NCBI GenBank assembly: GCA_963842525.1
Contig: CAWJGT010000009.1
Span: forward strand, 832,001 to 896,000
Direction: 5' to 3'
Length of the DNA: 64,000 nt
From: an uncultured Holophagales bacterium
GTDB lineage: Bacteria; Acidobacteriota; Thermoanaerobaculia; Multivoradales; UBA5704
Made by a program: the position numbers and the translations under genes. Below the pieces are notes generated by a model. The model was given only the letters and a program-made list of their open reading frames with translations, was not told the DNA's origin and did no database searches. Position 1 is the first letter of the stretch. Every line of letters begins with the position of its first letter. Shown piece after piece: positions 1 to 9,468 of the stretch.

Positions 1-104
1 TCCGGGTCGAGGCTCTGAAGAAGGATGGAGCCGTTCAACTCCTGGAAGCCATGAAGCTCGATCCGCCTTCCACCAGACCCGGAAGCTCGAAATATCCCTG
101 GTAG
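1..104 (+). CDS. 3' end of an unidentified gene entering from the left edge
   Basis: Open frame 3-104 (RVEALKKDGAVQLLEAMKLDPPSTRPGSSKYPW*) ending TAG just before the RBS of the next gene. Confidence 0.5.
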   Translation, partial: RVEALKKDGAVQLLEAMKLDPPSTRPGSSKYPW

Positions 105-126
105 GCCCGACTCAAGGAGATTCAAG

Positions 127-1665
127 ATGAACAGGATTACCCGGCTGATCTGTGCAAGGGTCTACTGCTTCGGCCTCTTTGCCAGCATTCCTACCCTTCA
201 TCGTCTGATGGGCCTGCCATTTCGGGGATTCGACCGGGATCCGGGAATCGATCGCCGGCTCGCGCTCTTCCACACGATCCAATCTCTGCTGCTGTCCTTG
301 ATGTTCCTGATCCCTGCCACGCTGATCTATTTCTTCGCTCCGGCTACATCCCGAGCCGCCGCGATCGTCCTGTTCCTCCTCTGCTTCCTGAAGATCGCCG
401 TCCTCAATTTTTGGATTGCCCGCCGCTTTTTCCAGAAGCCGGCGAGCGCAGCGAGGTTCAAGCTGCCTTTGCTCGCGCGCCTGGCGGGATACTTCAGCGA
501 AAGACTACATCCCCTGTCTGTCTCCGATGGAATCGAGAGCCCTGGGGAGGCAGTCTACTTCCGCGGTTCGCGCCCTTTTGTCGGGTTCGGTTCAGAGATC
601 AATGCCTGGACCCTCGCCATCGATACGACAAGCCGGTCGCATGTAGAGTCCGCTGCCCTGGACTCGCCGCATCAGGCCTCCGATTTGGAGATCGAAGACC
701 TCTACCGCGCGATCGAGAAGAAGGTCGAGACCGTCGAGGTCGATGGAGTCACCACTCGTCGCATCTTCTTCATGGACGGCGACATTCCGGACGAGGAGCG
801 GTACCTTCGGGGAGGCAGGTACGGGCGGCCATCTCCCTACCTGCCGGAAAACCTCCTGAAGAACCTGGACAAGCCTGGAGAGCGAGGGCGCCAATACCTG
901 GTGCTCTCCGTACTCAACTCCGCCCGCGACCTTATGGTGAGTCAGTTCATCCGTTTCTCCCGCTCCGGTAAATTCATCTTCTGCGAGTTTGCATCGCACG
1001 TGATCCCACCTGGCAAGTCGAAGTTCTATACCTTCGACGTCCTCTTCCAGTATCACCCGGCGCTCTATGCCCTGATGGGACCACTCGTCTTATTTGCGAT
1101 CGGCCTCCTCGCGACCCTTGTCGCTCCTTTCACCGAAAGCTGGTTCTGGCTTGGCCCGGGCGTAGGCCAGAAGTACCTGGAAATGCTGAGTGTAGAAGGA
1201 TATGTCGAGTATGTGTTTGAGCAGATGCTGGGCGGATGGTTCGCTTATCGGATAACGGGCTTTTCTATCTTCCTGCTGACTGCCTTCGTCCTTTGGAGAG
1301 GAGTGCTCTGGTTGAGCAATGTCGTCGGGGTTTTCCTTCGGCTCAGGCACAACTTTGGGATCGACGTCTCCTGCCGGGAGCGCTGGGCTAGCGGTACCCG
1401 GCTTGCCTACTTTGACTTACAGGAGACGGTTCGGGCGCTGAAGATCCAGGAGAGGATCATCACGGGAGGCCTGATCGATTGCCTAGAGGGGCACGGGATC
1501 GATACGTCGGACCTAAAGCAGAGCATCACGGCGTTCATCAATCAGGGCGTGATCAATTCAGGGGAGATTCGCGGCAATGTATCGAACAAGATCGCCTCCA
1601 TCGTCTTCAGGCGGGATCGGAAGCGCAGGGCGCGCCGCGGGCTTCACCCCTTGATGGCTCCATAG
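127..1665 (+). CDS. Multi-pass membrane protein with C-terminal N/G/I-rich motif
   Basis: 512-aa ORF, AAGGAG RBS, several hydrophobic segments; C-terminus DCLEGHGIDTSDLKQSITAFINQGVINSGEIRGNVS. Confidence 0.75.
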   Translation: MNRITRLICARVYCFGLFASIPTLHRLMGLPFRGFDRDPGIDRRLALFHTIQSLLLSLMFLIPATLIYFFAPATSRAAAIVLFLLCFLKIAVLNFWIARRFFQKPASAARFKLPLLARLAGYFSERLHPLSVSDGIESPGEAVYFRGSRPFVGFGSEINAWTLAIDTTSRSHVESAALDSPHQASDLEIEDLYRAIEKKVETVEVDGVTTRRIFFMDGDIPDEERYLRGGRYGRPSPYLPENLLKNLDKPGERGRQYLVLSVLNSARDLMVSQFIRFSRSGKFIFCEFASHVIPPGKSKFYTFDVLFQYHPALYALMGPLVLFAIGLLATLVAPFTESWFWLGPGVGQKYLEMLSVEGYVEYVFEQMLGGWFAYRITGFSIFLLTAFVLWRGVLWLSNVVGVFLRLRHNFGIDVSCRERWASGTRLAYFDLQETVRALKIQERIITGGLIDCLEGHGIDTSDLKQSITAFINQGVINSGEIRGNVSNKIASIVFRRDRKRRARRGLHPLMAP

Positions 1666-1701
1666 CCGCTGACGCCTTGTTCATGAAGACGGAGGCCGGC
1701 C

Positions 1702-2148
1702 GTGACGATCAATACAGGGATCCTCAACTCCGGGAAGATCGGAGGTAACGCGAGTGTAAGCAACCTGGCAGGACACTTTGGCAATGACGTTCATGTGACG
1801 TCCACCGCCTCTGTGGTGGACATCCAAGGGCTGATAGAGCGGGTCCGTGTGCAGATCCAGGGGAAACTCGGTTTCCCCGGTCGGGATGCGGAGATCCGAC
1901 AAAAACTGGACCAGTTACTTGGCGAATTAGAAAAGCTAAGGGAACGCTACCCTGCGGAAACCAGGCGGGTCGTGAGCGCGCTCGAGTTGGTGATCCAGGA
2001 GCTGGGCACAGAGAAGCCAAACCAGGACTTCCTGGCATCTTCTTGGGAGCTTACCAAGCAGGCCTTGGGTAATATGGTCCAGTTGGAACCGGCCATTGCG
2101 GTCCTCGGAGAGAAGTTCGCTGAGAGCGTTTCGCAAACCCTGGCCTGA
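1702..2148 (+). CDS. Small protein: N-terminal N/G-rich motif plus helical bundle
   Basis: 148 aa, GTG start after GGAGG; N-terminus TINTGILNSGKIGGNASVSN followed by amphipathic helices. Confidence 0.75.
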   Translation: MTINTGILNSGKIGGNASVSNLAGHFGNDVHVTSTASVVDIQGLIERVRVQIQGKLGFPGRDAEIRQKLDQLLGELEKLRERYPAETRRVVSALELVIQELGTEKPNQDFLASSWELTKQALGNMVQLEPAIAVLGEKFAESVSQTLA

Positions 2149-2286
2149 GGAACCGTATGCGGTAATTCTGCACGTACGGGTCTGTGAGGCCTGGGTGGGC
2201 AGACTGAGGCCGAGGGTATTCGAAGAGCCCGAGGCGGAACCTGTGCGACGGATTATGGACGCCAAAAACAGAGTAAAGGAGAGATC

Positions 2287-2766
2287 ATGAGAGCGCAAGC
2301 GATCACAAGGATGCTTTTTGGGAGTGCAATGCTATTCTTGTTTACTGCACCTGCCTATTCAGCGCCTGTATTCTATTCGTGGGGCGGCGAGAAAATAATC
2401 AAGATAATGGACTTTCCCGACAGTTCTGACCTTCAAAGGTTGGACGGAAACTATGTAGATGCAGGGTATCGATATCAACAGGTGACCATCTTCTTTATTC
2501 CTGTCTGGAATTATAATGAGAAATGGTGTGGATATATTGGTAATGACAACGAATATCTCGACCTTGACAGACAAAGCTTGTCAGAATTGGCAGAGGCGGC
2601 AGGTTTAAGCTTGCCTGAAAGCCCTTCGTTGCCCTTTTGGGATTCCATTGGGGGAAAACTCTTGCTTGGAGTTATTTTATTAATGTATTTTGGCTACAAA
2701 GGGAGTGGCGCTGAGAAGAAAGGAGAAGAGATAGGCCAACCACAGGGAGGCAGCATGAAAGCCTAA
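2287..2766 (+). CDS. Hypothetical exported/membrane-anchored protein, low GC
   Basis: 159 aa, AAGGAG RBS, signal peptide (..APAYSA), C-terminal TM helix. Confidence 0.75.
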   Translation: MRAQAITRMLFGSAMLFLFTAPAYSAPVFYSWGGEKIIKIMDFPDSSDLQRLDGNYVDAGYRYQQVTIFFIPVWNYNEKWCGYIGNDNEYLDLDRQSLSELAEAAGLSLPESPSLPFWDSIGGKLLLGVILLMYFGYKGSGAEKKGEEIGQPQGGSMKA

Positions 2767-2775
2767 GCCCCAGGG

Positions 2776-3433
2776 GGAGTTTCCCCAGCTCTGCCGGGGT
2801 GGCAGTAGAAGTTTTACATTTCAGGGAGTGTCCATCGCGGAAACTTCCCTCGTGAGCTGCCAAGCACACGAGAGGAGAGGAAACCACGATGGACAAGTTT
2901 GACAGTTTGAACCACACGACGTGGGAGTGCAAATAACACATCGTTCATCCCAAGTGCCGCCGGAAGGTGCTGTACGGCCAGTCGCGGTCGGATTTTGGGG
3001 AGGTGTTTCGCAAACTGGCAGCTCAGAAGGAGAGCCGGATAGAGGAAGGACACTTGATGCCCGATCACGTCCATATGCTGGTGTCGATCCGACGAAGTAC
3101 TCGGTGCCGCAGGTCGTGGGGTTCATCAAGGGCAAGAGCGCCATCCATCTGGCGAGGGTGTATGGGGAGCGCAAGCGCAACTTTGTTGGGCAGCGCTTCT
3201 GGGCGCGGGGATACTTTGTCTCGACAGTCGTTCGGGATGAGGCTGCGATTCGGGAGCACATCAAGAAGCAGGAAAAAGAGAACGAACGATCGCACCAGCT
3301 CAGTCTCTGGCGATGAGTCGCCACCGGAACGGTGTCGCAAACCCCGAGGGGTCGCATTAGCGACCTTCCAGCCGCTTTGAGCGGCTCACAGATTTAAAGC
3401 CCGGCTCTGCCGGCTCTGCCGGGGATACTTACT
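2776..3433 (+). mobile_element. IS200/IS605-family element, inactivated
   Basis: Subterminal hairpins CCCCAGCTCTGCCGGGG (left) and CCGGCTCTGCCGGGGGATACTTACT (right) around a tnpA pseudogene. Confidence 0.8.
2889..3316 (+). pseudogene. tnpA: IS200-type Y1 transposase pseudogene
   Basis: MDKFDSLNHTTWECK* then frameshifted pieces with HUH motif MPDHVHML and FWARGYFVSTV. Confidence 0.85.
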
Positions 3434-3450
3434 ACCCAAAGGAGGGACCA

Positions 3451-3843
3451 ATGAACCCAATAGTCCTCGGAATCGTGATGTTCAGCTGGTACGTGTTCCT
3501 AGTTGTTGCCGGCATTCGCCGTGACAAGAGCATGAAAGGTGACCCGAAAGAGGTAATGGCAAGCAAAATGCGTGGGTTCTTGCTCGTCTGCTTTTTGGCA
3601 GCGATCGTTCTCGTAGTTGGCATGGTTTTTAAAGTGGCTTTCGCTTTCCCTCTAATGGCCATTGTGGTCGGCTCCTATTCAACATGGGCAGGGGTAGCCC
3701 ATCTCAGAAACCCGGACAACTTGATTGGCGCGATTCCCGGTCTGGGAGAAAAGACATTTAGTGGCGTTTTTGCCCGCGTGTTCGGGGCATTTGCGCTAGG
3801 TGTCGCCTATCTTATCCTATTACATCCATTTGTGCCGGAGTGA
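3451..3843 (+). CDS. Small 4-TM hypothetical membrane protein
   Basis: 130 aa, GGAGG RBS, four hydrophobic segments. Confidence 0.7.
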   Translation: MNPIVLGIVMFSWYVFLVVAGIRRDKSMKGDPKEVMASKMRGFLLVCFLAAIVLVVGMVFKVAFAFPLMAIVVGSYSTWAGVAHLRNPDNLIGAIPGLGEKTFSGVFARVFGAFALGVAYLILLHPFVPE

Positions 3844-3990
3844 TCGCAGGAAGCGTATTAGGCAAGAGAAAGGCGTATCTGACTTTGGAGGCACCGCCAG
3901 GCTGAGGTTCGTTGCTTGCAACGAGAAAATGCAGGTCGCGGAGTCCATCCGCTGCGGGAGGCCCTATCCGGCTGGCACTTCTGGACCGGC

Positions 3991-4564
3991 ATCCGGTACT
4001 ACCGCCGTCCCCTCAATCTCCACCAACGCCCGGTCTTCCAGCAGCGCCGCGACGACCAGCAGAGACATCGGCGGATAGTGGCGGCCGATTACCTCGCGGT
4101 AGATGCGGCCGATGTCGCGGCGGGTGGCGAGGTAGGCGGGCTTGTCGGTGATGTACCAGGTCAGGCGGACGAGGTGCTCCGGTCCGGCTCCGGCCTCCTT
4201 GAGGACGGCTACGATGTTTTCCAGAGCCTGACGGACCTGCTCGGCGAGGTCGTCGTCTCGAACTGGCAGGTGGCGGGATTCCAGCCCACTTGGCCGGCCA
4301 CGAAGACCTGACGACCCTGGACGGCCATGCCGTTCGCATAGCCCACCGGGGCTGCCCAGCCAGGAGGCTGGAGCTTCACGCTTCGCGCTCCCTCAGGCGG
4401 AAGCGCTGGAGCTTGCCGGTCAGGGTGCGGGGGAGGGCCTCGACGAATTCGATCTGGCGCGGGTACTTGTAGGGAGCGATCTGGCTCTTGACATGGGTCT
4501 GCAGCTCCTTGACCAGCTCGGGGCCGCCCTCCGGGCCGCCCTCGTTGCCGGGACGGAGGACGAC
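3991..4564 (-). pseudogene. Diverged duplicate of the RidA gene plus the 3' end of the CoA ligase (copy of ~7444-8006)
   Basis: Near-identical DNA and translation ([28 protein letters not shown]); 1-bp deletion near 4255 and a 12-bp local duplication near 4520. Confidence 0.9.
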
Positions 4565-4658
4565 TTTCCTTACCCTCGGTCCCAGACGACGCCCCTGCAG
4601 GCCCTTCTCGCCGATCAGAAGATCAGATTTCGACGGTTTTAGGTGAGCGTTAACAGGC

Positions 4659-4780
4659 GGTGACCCTGGTGATCCTGTCGCTGGTGTCGCTGTTGGGCCG
4701 CGACCGGCAGGCGATCGCGATCGGGCGCACGGCCTACGCCGGGCGGCGTCCTGTTCTGTCCTGTTCGGCTGGCACCTCTG
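4659..4780 (+). repeat. Duplicate of the MHYT gene 3' end and its downstream motif (copy of ~38869-39006)
   Basis: [25 protein letters not shown] vs [25 protein letters not shown], both followed by TGTTCGGCTGGCAC. Confidence 0.85.
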
Positions 4781-4796
4781 CCTGGGGAGGTGCCAG
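4769..4796. repeat. REP-like hairpin; the CGGCTGGCACYT motif also occurs at 3969, 38992 and the IS110 empty site
   Basis: Perfect 10-bp stem CTGGCACCTC/GAGGTGCCAG; related GTGCCAGATCTTYTGCGG at 4790 and 27668. Confidence 0.65.
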
Positions 4797-5196
4797 ATCT
4801 TTTGCGGTTGCCCCCATCGGAAGGACAAGAAAGCCCTGGCACCCACCGCGGAATACGTGAATCGATACCCGTCATCCGGGATCTCATTCAGGCATCCAAG
4901 GAACTGGGACAACATGCGTATGGCGTCCCTGGTTGTCTTCGACCGTCCGAGGTTTCAGAATTTTTCCGAAGCCCTCCAGAATCGTCCGAAGGCGCCTCGA
5001 GACTTCCCCTCCCGACGCTTCTCCACTGCATCGAAAGACGGGATAAGAACCTGAAACCCCGTCAACTGGGCCGCGCCTGTCCGAAGCGGATAAACAAGTG
5101 TCTCCACTTCAGTGTCACAAGGAGAAGATCTCATGCGGTAGACGTCAGGTATGCAGCACCTCCCTGCCTGCTCAATGCGAAAAAGGAGTCTGAACC

Positions 5197-6642
5197 ATGA
5201 AAACCCTCAGTCACCGCACCCTTTCCAGCGTCCTGGCGCTGGCTATCGGCGTGGGTATCTTGATGCTGGCGTGCGCTGACCAGGTCAAGGCCATGCCGGG
5301 GGACAAGACCGGCGGGAGTACCCAGGTGCTCGCCGTGGTCAACGGCGAGTCCGTTACCGATGCTGATGTAAGGGGGAACGCCGCCGCCCAGCTTACACAG
5401 CTTGAGCGCGATTACGAGCAGAAGAAGCACCAACTTCTCCAGAGCCAGTTGGAGCAGATGATCGAGGATCGTCTGCTGGAGGTCGAGGCCGCTGCCCTCG
5501 GCGTGACCAAAGAGCGGATCCTCGCCGACTTGAAGCCGGCGGTGGTGACCGACGCCGCTGTCGACGCATTCTACGAAGAGAACAAGGCGCAGATTCCGCA
5601 GCCCAAAGACCAGGTTCTTCCGCAGATCAAGAAGTATCTGGAGCAGCGCGGGCAGCTCGAAGCACGCAAGAAGTTTTTTGCCGACTTGGGCAACAAGCAT
5701 AAAGTCGAGATAAAACTGGAACCTATGCGCGTCGAGGTCGCCGCCGCGGGTCCAGCCAAGGGTCCGGCGACCGCGCCGGTGACGATCGTCGAGTTCTCGG
5801 ATTTCCAGTGCCCGTTCTGCTCGCGCCTCGTCCCGACCCTGGATCAGGTAAAGACGAAGTATGGCGACAAGGTGCGGGTGGTCTATCGTCAGTTTCCCTT
5901 GGCTATGCATGCGCAGGCGCGGAAGGCCGCGGAGGCTTCGCTCTGCGCCAACGACCAAGGCAAGTTTTGGGAAATGCACGACGCCATGTTCAAGAGCCAG
6001 CAGCAGTTGGCCATCGAGAACCTGAAGACAATGGCCATCGAGTTGAGCTTGAATGACGAGAAGTTCAACTTCTGCCTCGACTCCGGAAAGCACGCCTCGA
6101 AGGTAGCTGAGGATCTGCAGGCGGGCACGGCCGCAGGGGTCAGTGGCACGCCGGCGCTCTTCATCAATGGCCGCTTCATCAACGGTGTGGTGCCGCTCGA
6201 GCAGATCACCGAGGTGGTCGACGACGAGCTGCGGCGCAAGGACCTCCCCTCTGTCGGAGTCGCCAGCCAAACCATCGTGTCACCAGCTGGAGCAGATACG
6301 ATAAAAGCGATCGGTGACGAAGTTCAGTGGACTGAGTATCACGACATCGAATCTGATGATTGTATATCCATTATTTTCGTAGGCGCGGTTTGCCATCACG
6401 TGACTTACAAGTTCGAATTCCGGGGTAGGATCGCCAGCATCAATCACCAGCACAAAGAATACAATGTCTCTCTGACTAGTCGGAAAGTCATTCCGCAAGA
6501 ATTGGTTTCTCCGATGTATTGGAGCTACAAGGATCGAGCTCAACAATGGGCCGGCCATGAATCTGACCGTTCTAGACATTTGCTTGCAAGATTGGCAAAG
6601 CTATTCAATATCGCTCTGATTGCACCTGTCTCCACCAGCTAA
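5197..6642 (+). CDS. DsbA/thioredoxin-family protein with SurA-like N-terminus and a low-GC C-terminal extension
   Basis: Signal peptide, FSDFQCPFC active site, GVSGTPALFING; composition shifts after DDELRRK (~6240). Confidence 0.85.
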   Translation: MKTLSHRTLSSVLALAIGVGILMLACADQVKAMPGDKTGGSTQVLAVVNGESVTDADVRGNAAAQLTQLERDYEQKKHQLLQSQLEQMIEDRLLEVEAAALGVTKERILADLKPAVVTDAAVDAFYEENKAQIPQPKDQVLPQIKKYLEQRGQLEARKKFFADLGNKHKVEIKLEPMRVEVAAAGPAKGPATAPVTIVEFSDFQCPFCSRLVPTLDQVKTKYGDKVRVVYRQFPLAMHAQARKAAEASLCANDQGKFWEMHDAMFKSQQQLAIENLKTMAIELSLNDEKFNFCLDSGKHASKVAEDLQAGTAAGVSGTPALFINGRFINGVVPLEQITEVVDDELRRKDLPSVGVASQTIVSPAGADTIKAIGDEVQWTEYHDIESDDCISIIFVGAVCHHVTYKFEFRGRIASINHQHKEYNVSLTSRKVIPQELVSPMYWSYKDRAQQWAGHESDRSRHLLARLAKLFNIALIAPVSTS

Positions 6643-6663
6643 TGTGCTGCGCCTAAGCGAGGC

Positions 6664-7189
6664 ATGCTGCCTCTTCAAATGTTACCGCTGAACCGATTTG
6701 GGCGAGCTATACTTGCGGCATTCGCTTTAGCTTCATTGCTACCATGTTCACTGCGTTCTCAAACGGAAGAGGTCAAGATAAAGGTCAATGCAGCTCTAAA
6801 GGCTGCGGACGAAGGGCGGCCCGAGGAGGCTTACCGAATTTGGATGGAACTCCTGGCGTTGGGGCGGCCAATCGGTCTTGGTGAAGAAGGTCTCTCTTTT
6901 GTGCGCGCGCACGTATACCATGCCTCGGAACGCAGATCAGTATCTTGATGCTGTGAACGAGCATGTAATTTCGGAGGGAGATTACGTCACTAATAAAGGC
7001 GTTCTGCAGGCCTGGATTGGCTGGGTAGTCAGTCGATCGGGAGACGCCATCGAGGTGAAGATCACCTATATAAATAAGGATCTCGCTGCGGGTTTAATGA
7101 AGGGTGCTCGAGCTAGATTTTCTGTATCTGAATGCAAGGAGCTAGGTGCCATTAGCGCAGATGCCGCGCTCAAAGGATGGAAGGAGTAA
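6664..7189 (+). pseudogene. Exported hypothetical protein split by a frameshift near 6935
   Basis: Overlapping ORFs 6664-6948 (signal peptide) and 6878-7189, low GC. Confidence 0.5.
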
Positions 7190-7441
7190 TCACGCAAGAA
7201 TTTGGCAACTAGAGATGGTGTACTGGCGCACCTCGCGGGGAGCCTGGGCTGGCTCGGGCTTCTTCGGATCGGTCCTGCTGTGGCTGGCCAGCAGGGAAGC
7301 CGTCAGCAGGATGAGGGGGAGGAGGCATGGAGGGCTCCTGGGATTTGGGCCAGGACGGGGCTGATGAGCGAAATGTCAAAGGCCGGCGGATCTATGAGGT
7401 AGTCCAGAGAGGTCAAAGGATACCACCGCAGGCAGTATCTA

Positions 7442-7834
7442 TTAATCCGGCACCACCGCCGTAGCCTCGATCTCCACCAGCGCCCGGTCTTCCAGCAGCG
7501 CCGCGACGACCAGCAGAGACATCGGCGGATAGTGGCGGCCGATCACTTCCCGGTAGATGCGGCCGATGTCGCGGCGGGTGGCAAGGTAGGCGGACTTGTC
7601 GGTGATGTACCAGGTCAGGCGGACGAGGTGCTCCGATCCGGCCCCGGCTTCCTTGAGGACGGCGACGATGTTTTCCAGGGCCTGACGGACCTGCGCGACG
7701 AGGTCGTCGGTCTCGAACTGGCAGGTGGCGGGATTCCAGCCTACCTGGCCGGCTACGAAGACCTGACGACCCTGGACGGCCATGCCGTTCGCATAGCCCA
7801 CCGGGGCTGCCCAGCCAGGCGGCTGGAGCGTCAC
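7442..7834 (-). CDS. RidA/YjgF family protein
   Basis: GTG start overlapping the ligase stop; [33 protein letters not shown]. Confidence 0.92.
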   Translation of the reverse strand: MTLQPPGWAAPVGYANGMAVQGRQVFVAGQVGWNPATCQFETDDLVAQVRQALENIVAVLKEAGAGSEHLVRLTWYITDKSAYLATRRDIGRIYREVIGRHYPPMSLLVVAALLEDRALVEIEATAVVPD

Positions 7835-9468
7835 GCTTCGCGCTCCCTCAGGCGGAAGCGCTGGAGCTTGCCGGTCAGGGTGCGGGGAAGGCTCTCCACG
7901 AGCTCGATCTGGCGCGGGTACTTGTAGGGAGCGATCTGGCTCTTGACATAGGTCTGCAGCTCCTTGACCAGCTCGGGGCTGCCCTCGTTGCCGGGACGGA
8001 GCACGATGAAGGCCTTGACCACTTGGCCGCGCTCGTCGTCGGGCACCCCGATGACCCCGCACTCCAGCACCTTGGGATGCTCCAGGAGCACGTTCTCCAC
8101 CTCGACGCCCGAGATGTTGATCCCCGCGGAGATGATCATGTCGTCCGTGCGCGCCTGGTACCAGAAGTAGCCGTCGTCATCCATCAGGAAGGAGTCGCCG
8201 GTCAGGTTCCAGCCGTTCTGCACGTAGCCGCGTTGCCGCTCGGGATCGTCCAGGTAGCGGCAGCCCGTGGGACCCTTGACCGCCAGCTTGCCGACAGTTC
8301 CGGGAGGCAGCGCGCGGCCGTCCTCGTCCACGATCTGTGCCTGGTAGCCGGGCACCACCCGGCCCGTTGCGCCGGGACGGATACCGTCCCCGGACTCGCT
8401 GATGAACATGTGCAGCATCTCGGTCGAGCCGATGCCGTCGATGATCCCGAGGCCGGTCGCCTCCTTCCAGGACTCCCAGGTGGGACGCGGCAGGTGCTCG
8501 CCCGCCGATACGCAGGCCCGCAGGCTCGAGATGTCGTGCTTCGGGAGCATCGGGAGCATCGCCCGGTACGCGGTCGGCGCCGTGAACACGACCGTGGCCC
8601 GGAAGTCCTGGATGCCCTGGATGAGCTGCGGCGGCGCGGCCTGCTCCAGCAGCACGGCCGAGGCGCCGATCCGCATCGGAAACAGGATCAGGCCCCCGAG
8701 CCCGTAGGTGAAGGCGAAGGGCGGCGAGCCGGCGAAGATGTCGTCGCGGTCGGGCTTGAGCACGTAGGGCGGGAAGCAGTCGCAGGCCGCGATCACGTCG
8801 CGGTGGAAGTGGACCGTCCCTTTTGCGTTGCCCGTGGTGCCCGAGGTGAAGGCAATGAGGGCGATGTCGTCCGCCGCGGTGTCGCAGTTGTCGAAGGTGG
8901 GGGGCTTGTCCCGCATCAGGTCTTCGAGCGACCCCGGCTTGCCGGAGCTCAAGTGGACGACCCTCGCCCCTTCCCGCGGCCGGCCGTCGCCGGTTTTTGC
9001 CATGGCCTCCTCGCACTCGCCGCAGATGCGCGCGTCGGTCAGGGCGAGGCGGATGGCTGCCTTGTCGGCCATGTAGACCAGCTCCCGCGAGCGCAGCAGC
9101 GGCATGGTGCAGACCACGATGCCGCCGGCCTTCAGGATCGCGAACCAGCAGGCCGCCGTCATCGGGTTGTTGTAGCCGCGCAGGAGCACGCGGTTGCCCG
9201 GGACGAGGCCGAGGTCTTCCACCAGGACGCGAGCGATGCGGTTCGCGGTCTCCAGCAGCTCGCGGTAGGTCCAGCGTCCGCCGGAGAAGTGGAAAACGGT
9301 CCGGTCGCCGTCGCCCGCGGCGATCCGCGCGTCGAGGAGCTCGGCCGCGCAGTTCATCCGGTCCGGGTAGGCGAGCTCCGGGATGCCGCTGTAGTCCATC
9401 TCGGGCCATTGCTCGGGCGGGGGCAGGAGATCGCGGCAGAAGGTATCCACATGAGCTGATTCAGGCAT
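7831..9468 (-). CDS. Benzoate/2-aminobenzoate-CoA ligase (AMP-binding)
   Basis: [10 protein letters not shown] start; [33 protein letters not shown]. Confidence 0.92.
   Translation of the reverse strand: MPESAHVDTFCRDLLPPPEQWPEMDYSGIPELAYPDRMNCAAELLDARIAAGDGDRTVFHFSGGRWTYRELLETANRIARVLVEDLGLVPGNRVLLRGYNNPMTAACWFAILKAGGIVVCTMPLLRSRELVYMADKAAIRLALTDARICGECEEAMAKTGDGRPREGARVVHLSSGKPGSLEDLMRDKPPTFDNCDTAADDIALIAFTSGTTGNAKGTVHFHRDVIAACDCFPPYVLKPDRDDIFAGSPPFAFTYGLGGLILFPMRIGASAVLLEQAAPPQLIQGIQDFRATVVFTAPTAYRAMLPMLPKHDISSLRACVSAGEHLPRPTWESWKEATGLGIIDGIGSTEMLHMFISESGDGIRPGATGRVVPGYQAQIVDEDGRALPPGTVGKLAVKGPTGCRYLDDPERQRGYVQNGWNLTGDSFLMDDDGYFWYQARTDDMIISAGINISGVEVENVLLEHPKVLECGVIGVPDDERGQVVKAFIVLRPGNEGSPELVKELQTYVKSQIAPYKYPRQIELVESLPRTLTGKLQRFRLREREA

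Noticed and set aside
2776-3433. TnpB/IscB RNA-guided nuclease in the IS200/IS605 element
   Set aside because: The element carries only a decayed tnpA
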